A stretch of DNA of 64,000 bases, taken from positions 1 through 64,000 of the IMG/VR virus record IMGVR_UViG_3300027857_000016; one strand, given 5' to 3'. Origin of the DNA: a virus. Shown here one piece after another: positions 46,149-55,646 of this stretch; the first letter of the stretch is position 1, and the number at the start of each line of letters is the position of its first letter. Made by a program: the position numbers and the translations under genes. The notes beneath the pieces are model-generated. The model was not told the origin of the DNA, made no database searches, and saw only the letters and a list, made by a program, of their open reading frames with translations.

Positions 46149-47021
46149 ATGCCTCAGTGTGGCATCTATCAGATCGTAAACACGATCACTGGTGACTGTT
46201 ATGTTGGCAGTGCTGTTAATTTTCATGTACGCAAATTGCGTCACCTCAACGAATTACGGCAAGGTATCCATCATTCTCTCCATCTCCAACGTGCATACGA
46301 TAAGTACGGCAAAGATGTCTTCGTTTTCACTTTTCTCGAAGATGTTATAAGAGATCGAGATACCCTCTTCCAGCGTGAAAGCCATTGGGTACAGCAACTA
46401 CATCCTCAGTACAACACAGGCAAAGTAAATGCAACTGCCCTTGGCGCGAAACGGACAGAAGAAACCCGTAAGCGCATAACTGAAAAAGCTACGGGACGGA
46501 AGCATTCTGAGGAAACTAGGCGAAAGCAATCAGAACGTAAGTTCGGTATCAAACAATCTCCCGAATTCATACAGAAGCGCTCAGAAGGCATGCTTGGTCA
46601 CGCAGTTTCTGAGGAAAATCGCCAGAAATTTGCTGAAAGAAGTCGTGAGATGTGGGCAAATCGCACACCTGAAGAAAAGCGTGCGATTGTAGAAAAGCGT
46701 TCACCTGAAGTTCAAGAGAAGAATCGAGAACGAATGCGTGAACTTGGCAAAGATCCTGACAGGATTGCACATATCAAGCAAGTGCATTTGGGTGCCAAGC
46801 GGTCTGAAGAGACACGTCAGAAGCAACGTGAGGCGTGGGTAAGACGGAAACAAAGACAACTGGAGAATCCGAAACCTCCAGTAGAAAATACGCAGCCTCC
46901 CAAAGAGTATAAGTACTCTGAGGAGACTCGAAGAAGGATGTCTGAAGGGAAAAAGGCATCCTGGGACAAAAAGAAAGCCGCGCAAGCGGAAACGATACAA
47001 CAACAAAATCTGTTTGATTAA
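46149..47021 (+). CDS. GIY-YIG homing endonuclease with NUMOD3 repeats
   Basis: GIYQI.N......YVGSA...R..RH...LQRAYDKYG; repeated SEETR.K.SE. Confidence 0.93.
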   Translation: MPQCGIYQIVNTITGDCYVGSAVNFHVRKLRHLNELRQGIHHSLHLQRAYDKYGKDVFVFTFLEDVIRDRDTLFQRESHWVQQLHPQYNTGKVNATALGAKRTEETRKRITEKATGRKHSEETRRKQSERKFGIKQSPEFIQKRSEGMLGHAVSEENRQKFAERSREMWANRTPEEKRAIVEKRSPEVQEKNRERMRELGKDPDRIAHIKQVHLGAKRSEETRQKQREAWVRRKQRQLENPKPPVENTQPPKEYKYSEETRRRMSEGKKASWDKKKAAQAETIQQQNLFD

Positions 47022-47075
47022 CTCCTCTTCCTCCATTGGAACGAGTTAACAAACGTTCTAATGGAGGTTTCCTCT

Positions 47076-47423
47076 ATGGACAATCCGAATGTGGCATCCA
47101 CGACTGGCGAGGCGATTCCTTTTTCGACGTCTGTCCCACCTGTGGTGAGCAAGTCTGGTCACCCATTCCAGCAAGTGGAACCATTTGCTGTTGCTGCAAA
47201 TACCTCGCAAACACCGATGAGTTTTGAGACAACCGTCAAAACCTCCTATGAACTTGCGAACAGTGAAGCCGTACAAGGGGCAAAATACACCTTTGGGCAG
47301 CAGGGGTCCATTCCTGGACAGCCACCGATGGTACCAAAGGGGTCGCTTCCATCATTTGAAAAGCTCGATATGAAACCATTGCCTATGCAGGGGTTACCTA
47401 CGCCCCCAGACTATAAACCGTAA
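47076..47423 (+). CDS. Pro-rich hypothetical (virion-associated?)
   Basis: GGAGG RBS; ends in DYKP. Confidence 0.6.
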   Translation: MDNPNVASTTGEAIPFSTSVPPVVSKSGHPFQQVEPFAVAANTSQTPMSFETTVKTSYELANSEAVQGAKYTFGQQGSIPGQPPMVPKGSLPSFEKLDMKPLPMQGLPTPPDYKP

Positions 47424-47463
47424 TCAGGGCATCCATGTGGGATGGAAGGGATGAGAGAGAACG

Positions 47464-48906
47464 ATGCCAACACCACCAACTGATGGGAGTTTGCCAAGAG
47501 ATGTTGCAGGGTTTCCTGCAGATGGTGTCTATGTTTCAAACACTGGCACGGTTGCTGCAATGGGGGGCACGCTCACTACTGATAATCTGAATATTCCGAG
47601 TGCGCCGCCCGTTATTCAAATGGGTGATGGATCAACGCCCTCGCTTCGGGCGACGATCACCGCTTTTCACTCTGCTGATCATCAGTATTTAGGGGCCAAC
47701 GCGAACGGACTCAATACGGGCGGCTATACCCAACTTCTGACGGTCGATGGATATGGAGATAGGCAGCGTGAAACAGGGGTTGACGGTATTTCAGCGATAG
47801 GCATTGCGACTGGTGCTGCTCAATTCGCACAGTTCTTTGCCACAACGGTCCCAACAACAGGAACGCTTACTTCAGGACAGGCGACAGGAACGATTACCCC
47901 GGCCTCTATGTTTGGCATTCAGGTCGGGGCTGTGCTCACGGTGGACACTGGGGCAAGTGTCGAAGTGGTGATGGTTACGGGTCTTCCGAGCGCCTCTACG
48001 GCGACGGTTGTTCCTGTCAACGGTGCCCCTACAGCACCCACCTTTAAATTTACCCATACTCCTTCCTATACCGTCACCGGCTTTGTCTACAACCAGGAGC
48101 GTGATGCATCTGGGGAGAACTCAGGCGCATCTGGCAAGGGAACGGCGGTTGCCGCCGAGTATGAGTACGCTTCAGGTGGACCTGCCCTCGCCAATGGGAC
48201 GCCCTCTCAACTCCAATACGACCGTGAAGTGGCAGCCCTTGGCAAAGTAGCGAGCAATGCAGGCGCAGGTTTTGCCATATCAAGCACGACTGCTGGTGAC
48301 ACCATTCTGACGCCAACGACACCAGGGAACTTCAAGACCCTCACCCCTGGACAGTGGATCAGGCTGTCAGGATCTGGCACGAATGAGTACGTGCGTGTCC
48401 ATGACTCCTATACCATTGCTACAGCACCTGCCACCATCCCACTCACTTCTCCTGTGGTCAATACCGGGCAAACCACCGCAACCTGGGATGCCTTTGGCGC
48501 AAACGGACCAGGGCAGACCCCTGTATTGTGGACAGGCGAAGGCTTTGAAGGTGTCTTGCTCAATGATCGAGCGAACGCAGGGTTTGCGCGTGCCTGGCAA
48601 GGGAATACGGTTGGTGAGGCCGCAGTCACCAACGGGGGATTGCAGACAACACAGACAACACCTACATCACTGACCGTCATCAAGGCGAGTCCTGGTCGTT
48701 TAGCACGCATCCTGGTCTCTGTGGCGAACGGGGCAAACCCGATCCTTATCTATGACAATGCGTCGGCTGCCAGTGGAACGGTTATCGGCGCGGTGGCAGC
48801 TTCTGCCGCGATTGGAACGGCTGTGGATTGTCAGATGCCAGCCGCTAATGGAATCACGATTGCGGCAACCGCCAGCGCGGGCACCATTACGGTGAGTTGG
48901 AGCTAA
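47464..48906 (+). CDS. Head decoration/fibre-like structural protein
   Basis: Thr/Gly/Ala-rich; C-terminal K..PGRL....IYDNA...SGT module. Confidence 0.7.
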   Translation: MPTPPTDGSLPRDVAGFPADGVYVSNTGTVAAMGGTLTTDNLNIPSAPPVIQMGDGSTPSLRATITAFHSADHQYLGANANGLNTGGYTQLLTVDGYGDRQRETGVDGISAIGIATGAAQFAQFFATTVPTTGTLTSGQATGTITPASMFGIQVGAVLTVDTGASVEVVMVTGLPSASTATVVPVNGAPTAPTFKFTHTPSYTVTGFVYNQERDASGENSGASGKGTAVAAEYEYASGGPALANGTPSQLQYDREVAALGKVASNAGAGFAISSTTAGDTILTPTTPGNFKTLTPGQWIRLSGSGTNEYVRVHDSYTIATAPATIPLTSPVVNTGQTTATWDAFGANGPGQTPVLWTGEGFEGVLLNDRANAGFARAWQGNTVGEAAVTNGGLQTTQTTPTSLTVIKASPGRLARILVSVANGANPILIYDNASAASGTVIGAVAASAAIGTAVDCQMPAANGITIAATASAGTITVSWS

Positions 48907-48932
48907 ATCGAGGAAGAAGGAGGGGCATCATC

Positions 48933-49154
48933 ATGACACACGCGAGTCCAGGAGATCCGCTCAACCCTGCGCAGGAAACGAGTGCAGAAGGGTTGCCAGG
49001 AGGCGGGTTTCTCATTCCATCTCATGTGATGAACGTGGGAAGTGGGCAGTATAGCATGTGTACGCCCGTGCTCCTGCCAGTTCCTCTTCAACACGCTCAA
49101 TACAAGAGTACCGACGTGCCTTTTCGTCCATTGCGGGCAGACTACAAGCCGTGA
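48933..49154 (+). CDS. Small hypothetical protein
   Basis: GGAGG RBS; ends in DYKP. Confidence 0.5.
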   Translation: MTHASPGDPLNPAQETSAEGLPGGGFLIPSHVMNVGSGQYSMCTPVLLPVPLQHAQYKSTDVPFRPLRADYKP

Positions 49155-49160
49155 GGGTGA

Positions 49161-50063
49161 ATGAACACGTACATCAGTTGGTTCGACTGGCAAAGGACGA
49201 CGACGGGGTTAGAGTGGTTGTCTCTGGTAGGAAATACGGGGAGAGTAGGAAGCACCATCAGCATAGGGGCAACCTCTCTTCCTATCACACCCGCCTTAAC
49301 AACTGTTCAGGTGAATCAATGGGATGTCATTACGGTTTTCGATGGATCTAGTTCAGAGGTGGTCACAGCGACGGCGGGAGCAAGCATTGGAGCAACCAGC
49401 ATACCAATCACCGCGACAACCTTTGCCCATAGTGCAGGGACGCCCTATTGCACTGATGGAGTGCTCGGGAGTCTGGCAGATCAGATCGTAAAGGCCTCCC
49501 AGTGGCTGGAAACTATTTGTCGGCAATCTCTGTTCTTGACGACCTATACCAATGAGGAGTTAGCGATGCCATCGATGAGAGCGTCTATCGACAATGCCTA
49601 TGCATTGCACTTTCGCCCTCGCCATTGGCCTATTCAATCCTTAACCAGTCTTTCTATCGCAGGAACACCAGGAACGGCGATCTCATTTGACCCAACCCAG
49701 GTCTTTATCAACTCAGACAAACAAATTTGTACGATGCCCAACATGCAGCCCTTACCACTGCCAGGAAGTGGACAGGCACCGTACCCGATTTGGAATGTCC
49801 CATCGAGACAACGTATGGCACAGTTGACCTTGACCTATCAGGCAGGGTACGCAGCATCGGCCATGCCACCTGACGTGACAGAAGCCGCCGTCTTATTGAC
49901 TTCTGATCTCCTGGCGAAACGACAAAATCCCATTGGTGCGCCTGACCTTGGAAGTGGGAACCGGCATATTTCAGCCGTGCTCAGAGGCGATAATTCAGGT
50001 GAAAGCCTCCTTGCAAAAAGAGCGATGCGTATTTTAGAAAACTATATGATGCAATCTTTTTAA
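49161..50063 (+). CDS. Head-tail connector/adaptor
   Basis: IVKASQWLETICRQ...LTYQAGY...MPPDVTEAAVLL...ILENY. Confidence 0.75.
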   Translation: MNTYISWFDWQRTTTGLEWLSLVGNTGRVGSTISIGATSLPITPALTTVQVNQWDVITVFDGSSSEVVTATAGASIGATSIPITATTFAHSAGTPYCTDGVLGSLADQIVKASQWLETICRQSLFLTTYTNEELAMPSMRASIDNAYALHFRPRHWPIQSLTSLSIAGTPGTAISFDPTQVFINSDKQICTMPNMQPLPLPGSGQAPYPIWNVPSRQRMAQLTLTYQAGYAASAMPPDVTEAAVLLTSDLLAKRQNPIGAPDLGSGNRHISAVLRGDNSGESLLAKRAMRILENYMMQSF

Positions 50064-50092
50064 TTCATGAGAGGTGAAGCATTTCAGAGGAC

Positions 50093-50407
50093 GTGAGGGC
50101 AAACATCACAAGAGCAGGAGTCAACACTCCCATAGCCACAAACATTGTTTTGCAGTTAGATGAGATGAATGCACTGGAAGCAGCGAGCTATCAGGGGGCA
50201 GACCCGCACTTTACCTATAAGGTCTACACCACGATGCTGCCAGTAGGAAACCCTCAATTGGTCCAATTTCGTGATTACCTGATTGATCAGGTGGTGATTG
50301 ACGCAGTCACCAATGCACCGCGCAAATTTCTGATTATTGGCGAACCGAAAATGCATATCGCTGATGGACATTGGCAAATGGTTGTAACCCGCATGAGAGG
50401 ATCATGA
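50093..50407 (+). CDS. Head closure (stopper) protein, probable
   Basis: Size, beta-rich sequence and position after the adaptor. Confidence 0.6.
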   Translation: MRANITRAGVNTPIATNIVLQLDEMNALEAASYQGADPHFTYKVYTTMLPVGNPQLVQFRDYLIDQVVIDAVTNAPRKFLIIGEPKMHIADGHWQMVVTRMRGS

Positions 50408-50455
50408 TATTTCACCTTGTTTTACCGTATATAAGTGATAGTGAGGAGATACAAT

Positions 50456-50683
50456 ATGCAACAACATGTCACACAAGCAGAGCATCAGGTGTTGGCAGAG
50501 GCTCATACAAAACTGCATGCGGCTCATGTCCAACTCCGTGATGACCATGAACTGTTGACAAAGGCACATCAGGAGTTGAGTGAGCGTGTAACAGCACTGG
50601 AGAAGCATGCAACTCCTGCTCCCGGCACGACGACAGCAAGCAGCGTTCGTAAACCAGTGATCCAGAAGACGGGCGAGCACTAG
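50456..50683 (+). CDS. His-heptad coiled-coil protein
   Basis: His every 7th residue x5, Leu in register, RVTALE motif. Confidence 0.65.
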   Translation: MQQHVTQAEHQVLAEAHTKLHAAHVQLRDDHELLTKAHQELSERVTALEKHATPAPGTTTASSVRKPVIQKTGEH

Positions 50684-50793
50684 AGGCGACGGGAAGAGGA
50701 CGGTGAGGGGGAGGCGCGGTGTGGATGCTGTGTTCGTAGTGGGTGATCGCCTCGCCCGATCCGTCGCCTCTCATAAAAGAGAAAGAATGCAGG

Positions 50794-51030
50794 ATGAAAC
50801 AAACAAAAGCCATGCCAGTCCTCTCGACTACTGCGACCGTGGTCGAGGAAGTGAAGACGCCAGAACAGCGCCTTGTCGCCATTGAACAGCGTCTTGAGTC
50901 CTTGGAAAGGCAGGCTCACACTGAGCATACCATTGGTGAAACGACATTAGAGACGATTGCTACTCATGTTCTGCGTCGTTTAACAGAGCATTTGCAGCAC
51001 ACGTTTGGGCAGACGGATACACAGATCTAA
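50794..51030 (+). CDS. Small coiled-coil protein
   Basis: RLVAIEQRLESLE; start uncertain. Confidence 0.55.
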   Translation: MKQTKAMPVLSTTATVVEEVKTPEQRLVAIEQRLESLERQAHTEHTIGETTLETIATHVLRRLTEHLQHTFGQTDTQI

Positions 51031-51072
51031 CCCGCTTTCAGGGGAAGTAGAGAGAAGAAGAGGAGAAATGTT

Positions 51073-51963
51073 ATGCCACTCAATCCAGGTGCCGCCGATT
51101 TTCTCACGACGCCTCCTGCCCCAACGGTTGTCCAAAATGCTGTTGGAGCCAGTGCGGCGATTACCTATTCCATCGTCTTTGTCAACGCATCCGGCCAGGA
51201 TTCTATACCTAGCCCAACAACGGTGACCGGAGCAAACAATGCCTCAACAGCCAATAATACGCTTTCCTGGGCAGCTCAGGCGGGGGTTATAGGAACCCGT
51301 ATTCTGAAGAACGGCAACCTCCTTGCGACGGTTGGTCCGGGTGTGACCTCCTACACTGATAGCGCAGGAAGTGCTGGTATTGCCTACACGGCCTATACCG
51401 CTAATCCAACGGCGATGGTCCCTTCAACGAATAGCCCGATTGATGGAGGCTACGCCACCTATTCGGCATCGATGCAGGCACTGGTGGCTGTCACTGGATG
51501 TACTGATCTCTTCACCATCTATGGAAGCGCAACCAAGACAGTTAAAGTGACGAAAGTGACCATTGTGGGTACGACCATCACGACCCCGATTGTGTCTGAA
51601 GTCCAGCTTATCAAACGATCATCTGTGAATACAACAGGAACAAGTTCTGCACCAACCAATCTGGTTGCGTATGACAGTAACAGTCCAGCAGCGACAGCAA
51701 CGGTCTTAGGATATACAGCAAACCCAGGAGGCCTGGGGACGGTTGCAGGTATCATCAGTGCCTCGAAGATCATCCTCAATATCGTCCCAACATCAACCTT
51801 AGATGTCGCCCCTGATCGCTATATTCAGGAGTTTGGTGGAGGTCGTCCCTCGCAATGCCCGACACTTCGCGGTGTAGCTCAGGGACTCTGCGTCAACCTG
51901 GTGGCAACAGCCTTTTCCACTGCCGCAACATTTGATGTTGCCTTTGAATGGTGCGAATTCTAG
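51073..51963 (+). CDS. Structural protein with FN3-like N-terminal domain
   Basis: TYSIVFVN..G...TLSW...TSYTD. Confidence 0.7.
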   Translation: MPLNPGAADFLTTPPAPTVVQNAVGASAAITYSIVFVNASGQDSIPSPTTVTGANNASTANNTLSWAAQAGVIGTRILKNGNLLATVGPGVTSYTDSAGSAGIAYTAYTANPTAMVPSTNSPIDGGYATYSASMQALVAVTGCTDLFTIYGSATKTVKVTKVTIVGTTITTPIVSEVQLIKRSSVNTTGTSSAPTNLVAYDSNSPAATATVLGYTANPGGLGTVAGIISASKIILNIVPTSTLDVAPDRYIQEFGGGRPSQCPTLRGVAQGLCVNLVATAFSTAATFDVAFEWCEF

Positions 51964-52060
51964 CCTAATAAACCTATAACCCGTTATGTTGGGCAATGCA
52001 TAACACTGTATTTTATAGCGTGTTTGAGAAACGGTATGCAAAGGTGGAAGGGGGCGTGGC

Positions 52061-52504
52061 ATGAGCTTTGGCACAACACCAACCTCGACCACCCCTTTAA
52101 CAACCAACCAATTTCCTGTGTCTGCCGTGTATATCCCTGGCACCAGTGGAAGCAACTTGACGGCCTTGCAGGGTGGTCCTGCATCAACAGACGGGTTAGG
52201 GAATGTTTCAGCACCTGTCGTGGTGGTCTTTGGTGGAACGGCTACCTTTCCTGTGCCGTCCAATAGCGGTGTTACCGTGGTAAGAAACAGTGCAGGGCGT
52301 CTTGCGACGGTGATCGTGACCACCAGCGGACCAGCACAACTCAACATCTACGACAATGCGAGTCAGGCAAGCGGAACGATCATCGGGGCGATACCGGCCA
52401 ATGCGGCGGTTGGATCGGTCTACGCATTTAACAGTCCTGCCGCCCTTGGGATTGTGGCGAACTCGGTGGCATCCTGCTGTAGCGTCACTATTTGCTATTA
52501 CTAA
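52061..52504 (+). CDS. Decoration/fibre-like protein
   Basis: Shares N-terminal FP..VY...GG and C-terminal GRL..IYDNA modules with 47464-48906. Confidence 0.7.
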   Translation: MSFGTTPTSTTPLTTNQFPVSAVYIPGTSGSNLTALQGGPASTDGLGNVSAPVVVVFGGTATFPVPSNSGVTVVRNSAGRLATVIVTTSGPAQLNIYDNASQASGTIIGAIPANAAVGSVYAFNSPAALGIVANSVASCCSVTICYY

Positions 52505-52531
52505 GGTATGTGAGGGGGAGAGGGAAGAGCG

Positions 52532-53782
52532 ATGTCAACTGTCAATGTAGGCAACTCAACAAGTAATCCGGTTCCAGTGAACGTCAATGCCGCGTTGCCC
52601 GCTGGCGGCAATACCATCGGCAACGTCAATATCCAGGCCAGCGGATCTGCTGTCTCGCTTGGTCAGGCAGTCATGGCCTCCTCGCTTCCTGTGGTCATTG
52701 CGAGCAACCAAAGCAATCTCCCCACGAATTTTGTACAAGTTGCCGGTTCCGCCATTGCCACTGCTGCGACCGGGATCATCAAAGTTGGTCTCACGGATGG
52801 CACAGGCAATGCTATCACGAGCACCTCTAGCGCCATCGATGTCAACATCAAGAGTGGCGGCGGGTCAGGTTTTTCCGTCGTCGATGAAGTGGCATGGACA
52901 GCAGGCACTTCTGCGCTGGTGCCAACTGGTGGCGTCTTCAATGATTCCGCTGCTGCGTTGACTTCTGGTCAGGAAGGTACCATCAGGGTCACGAATAACC
53001 GCGCCATTCATGTCAATCTCCGTGACGCAAGTGCCAACCAACTGCTCGGATCGAAGACCTCTGCCAACTCTCTCCCGGTGGTAATTGCATCAGACCAGGC
53101 AGGACCCTTGCCTGTTGCGGGTATGGTGGCATCCGGTGCCTCCAATGCCAATAACCCGGTCAAGATCGGTGGAGCATTTAACACCACGCAGCCGACCGTC
53201 ACAACCGGGCAGGCGGTCGATGCGCAATATTCAGCGCGTGGCGCAGCCATCGTGACGACCGGCGTAGATACCTTCAACGTCACCATCAACGCAGCACTTC
53301 CAGCAGGTGGAAATACGATTGGTGCAGTCACACAGGCCAGCGGTCCCTGGACCTCCAATATTACCCAAGTAGGCGGTTCCTCTTTAGCTCTCGGGCAGAC
53401 GACCATGTCTGCAAGTGTTCCGGTGACGTTTGCTAGCAACCAGAGTTCGCTTGGCGTCACGCTTCCATCCAATAACACGACCATGATTGGCGTCATCAGT
53501 CCTGGAGGTATCTCCACATCAGCCATTGCAGCGGCAGCAACGAACACGGTGGTCAAGAGTGGTGCAGGACGATTATGTCGTGTCATGATCACGACCTCGG
53601 GCACTGCGGCACTCACGTTTTACGACAATGCCACAGGTGGAAGTACCACTGGAAACATCCTGGGTGTTGTTCCTGCTAATGCAGCAGCTGGGTCCGTCTA
53701 TGATTTCCAATTTATCGCATCTACAGGCATTCAGGCACCGGGCGGTGCAAGTACGCCTGCCGTTACCGTTGGATATATCTAA
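52532..53782 (+). CDS. Fibre-like structural protein
   Basis: LPAGGNTIG and LGQ..M..S.PV..AS.Q repeats; C-terminal GRL..FYDNA module. Confidence 0.75.
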   Translation: MSTVNVGNSTSNPVPVNVNAALPAGGNTIGNVNIQASGSAVSLGQAVMASSLPVVIASNQSNLPTNFVQVAGSAIATAATGIIKVGLTDGTGNAITSTSSAIDVNIKSGGGSGFSVVDEVAWTAGTSALVPTGGVFNDSAAALTSGQEGTIRVTNNRAIHVNLRDASANQLLGSKTSANSLPVVIASDQAGPLPVAGMVASGASNANNPVKIGGAFNTTQPTVTTGQAVDAQYSARGAAIVTTGVDTFNVTINAALPAGGNTIGAVTQASGPWTSNITQVGGSSLALGQTTMSASVPVTFASNQSSLGVTLPSNNTTMIGVISPGGISTSAIAAAATNTVVKSGAGRLCRVMITTSGTAALTFYDNATGGSTTGNILGVVPANAAAGSVYDFQFIASTGIQAPGGASTPAVTVGYI

Positions 53783-53797
53783 TCATGAAAGCGTTGT

Positions 53798-55627
53798 ATG
53801 TCTACTGTTAATATTGGGTCTTCTCTTCCAGCAGGAAGTAATACCATTGGAAATGTGAAGATTGTTGACGTAGCCGGAACAAACCAGGCTGCGGTAGATG
53901 CCAACAACAATCTACATATTGCCGTGTACAACGCTGCGAACTCAATGGCGGTGGACTCCTCGAATAATGCCCATGTCGCTCTTTTCAATATAGGTAACCA
54001 GCTTGCTATCAATGCATCCGGTGCTCTCTCTGACAACATTACACAAGTAGGAGGAGTATCGCTTGCACTTGGGCAGATTACCATGTCTGCTTCCCTCCCT
54101 GTTGCCATCGCGTCTGATCAGACGCCGCTCAACGTGGTGAGTGTCGGGAGTTCCATAACAACACTGAATGGACCTGCATCAACGGACAATTATCAAGCGA
54201 CCGTCTTTGCGCCTGGAGAGTTGCGGGTGAGCATGGAGCCAACACAACTCTTTCTGGATTCCTTTGATACAGGACTAGATACCGTGAATCGATGGAAAAC
54301 GCCAACATGGGGACGAGGAGGTATTGCCGCCCTCAATGAGGCGACGGATACGAGGCTCGGAACGGGAACGCTCGCAAATGGATGGAGTTGTCTGGAAAGT
54401 CAGCCGACATTTGGACCAGCGAATCCGGGATGGCTTCAAATCACGTATGGGAATAACGTTCCCTATCCCTACATCCCGAATACCTATTTTTTCTGGGGAA
54501 CAGGAACCTCTCCCGCTATCCCCACTGCCTTTGCTCCACTGGTCGATGCCGCAGGGTTTGAGATAGCCATTGGTGGTAGGCTCTTTGCTGTCATGTATCA
54601 GGGAGGTGTCAGGCAGCAAATCGCGGACCTCTCACAAGCTACAGGAACAAGAAAACAACCACAGGATGCTGGTGTCCACTACTATCACATGTTTTATCGA
54701 GGTGATCATACCTATTGGTGCATCGACAGTCTGGATAACGTAGTCGCACAAACCTTTACAGGCGCACCAGGCCCAAATCTCAATACGCTTCCATTAAAAA
54801 TGATGGCCGCAGCAGGGGCGGGTGCTCCTCCCACCAACGGACAACTGATTTGCAATACCGTCCACGTGAGCGATACCGCACGCAACAATGTGCAACTTTC
54901 TGATGGAGTCTGCCCGTGGAGGCAAGCAACCATCGATGTCAATGGGAACCTTTCTGTCAAAGCATCAGCAACTGCCTTTATTTCCACGACTCTACAAAGC
55001 AGTGCAAGCGCGAACAGTAACGGAGCGACACTCTCTGTCCTTGGCATGGGTACGGTGACTTTTACTGTCACGGGTACCTATCAAGGAACCGTGAATTTCG
55101 AGGGCAGTGAAGATGGGGTCAATTTTTATGGGCTTCAGGCCACACAACTGGGCACCAATGTCTTTGGGATGAGTACGGCAACCACAGGCATCTTCCAGGC
55201 GTCGTGTGCGGGACTCCAAACCATTCGATCGCGTATCAGCGGGTATGCCACTGGGCAAATCACCGTTACTGCTCATGCCATTCCCTCCCCATTTTCAACA
55301 CCAGTGGTCACGCTGAGTGGTGCGGGCGGAAAACTGGCCCTCTCGGCCAGTAGTCTAACGGTCAATGCCGATAATCCTATTACATTTGCTGGAGCAAGTA
55401 CAGTCGCACGGCGTGTCCGAATACAAAACGAGTCAGGCGGCACAGTCTACTGGGATGCCGATGTGACTGCCACTATTGGCAGTCCGAGCCTCCCGTCGCC
55501 TAGCGCAAACTCAGTGATGGTGGAGTGGGTCAACATTCCCATGACCACTCTCCACGTATTTGTCCCGTCAGGAGGCACAGCAGTGCTCAATGGCACAGGC
55601 GGCGTCAAAGTGAGTGCATGGGCCTAG
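53798..55627 (+). CDS. Fibre-like structural protein
   Basis: LPAGSNTIG and LGQITMSASLPVAIASDQ repeats; beta-sandwich-like domains (FEGSEDG.NF). Confidence 0.75.
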   Translation: MSTVNIGSSLPAGSNTIGNVKIVDVAGTNQAAVDANNNLHIAVYNAANSMAVDSSNNAHVALFNIGNQLAINASGALSDNITQVGGVSLALGQITMSASLPVAIASDQTPLNVVSVGSSITTLNGPASTDNYQATVFAPGELRVSMEPTQLFLDSFDTGLDTVNRWKTPTWGRGGIAALNEATDTRLGTGTLANGWSCLESQPTFGPANPGWLQITYGNNVPYPYIPNTYFFWGTGTSPAIPTAFAPLVDAAGFEIAIGGRLFAVMYQGGVRQQIADLSQATGTRKQPQDAGVHYYHMFYRGDHTYWCIDSLDNVVAQTFTGAPGPNLNTLPLKMMAAAGAGAPPTNGQLICNTVHVSDTARNNVQLSDGVCPWRQATIDVNGNLSVKASATAFISTTLQSSASANSNGATLSVLGMGTVTFTVTGTYQGTVNFEGSEDGVNFYGLQATQLGTNVFGMSTATTGIFQASCAGLQTIRSRISGYATGQITVTAHAIPSPFSTPVVTLSGAGGKLALSASSLTVNADNPITFAGASTVARRVRIQNESGGTVYWDADVTATIGSPSLPSPSANSVMVEWVNIPMTTLHVFVPSGGTAVLNGTGGVKVSAWA

Positions 55628-55646
55628 CCCTGGAGAGAAAAGAGAA

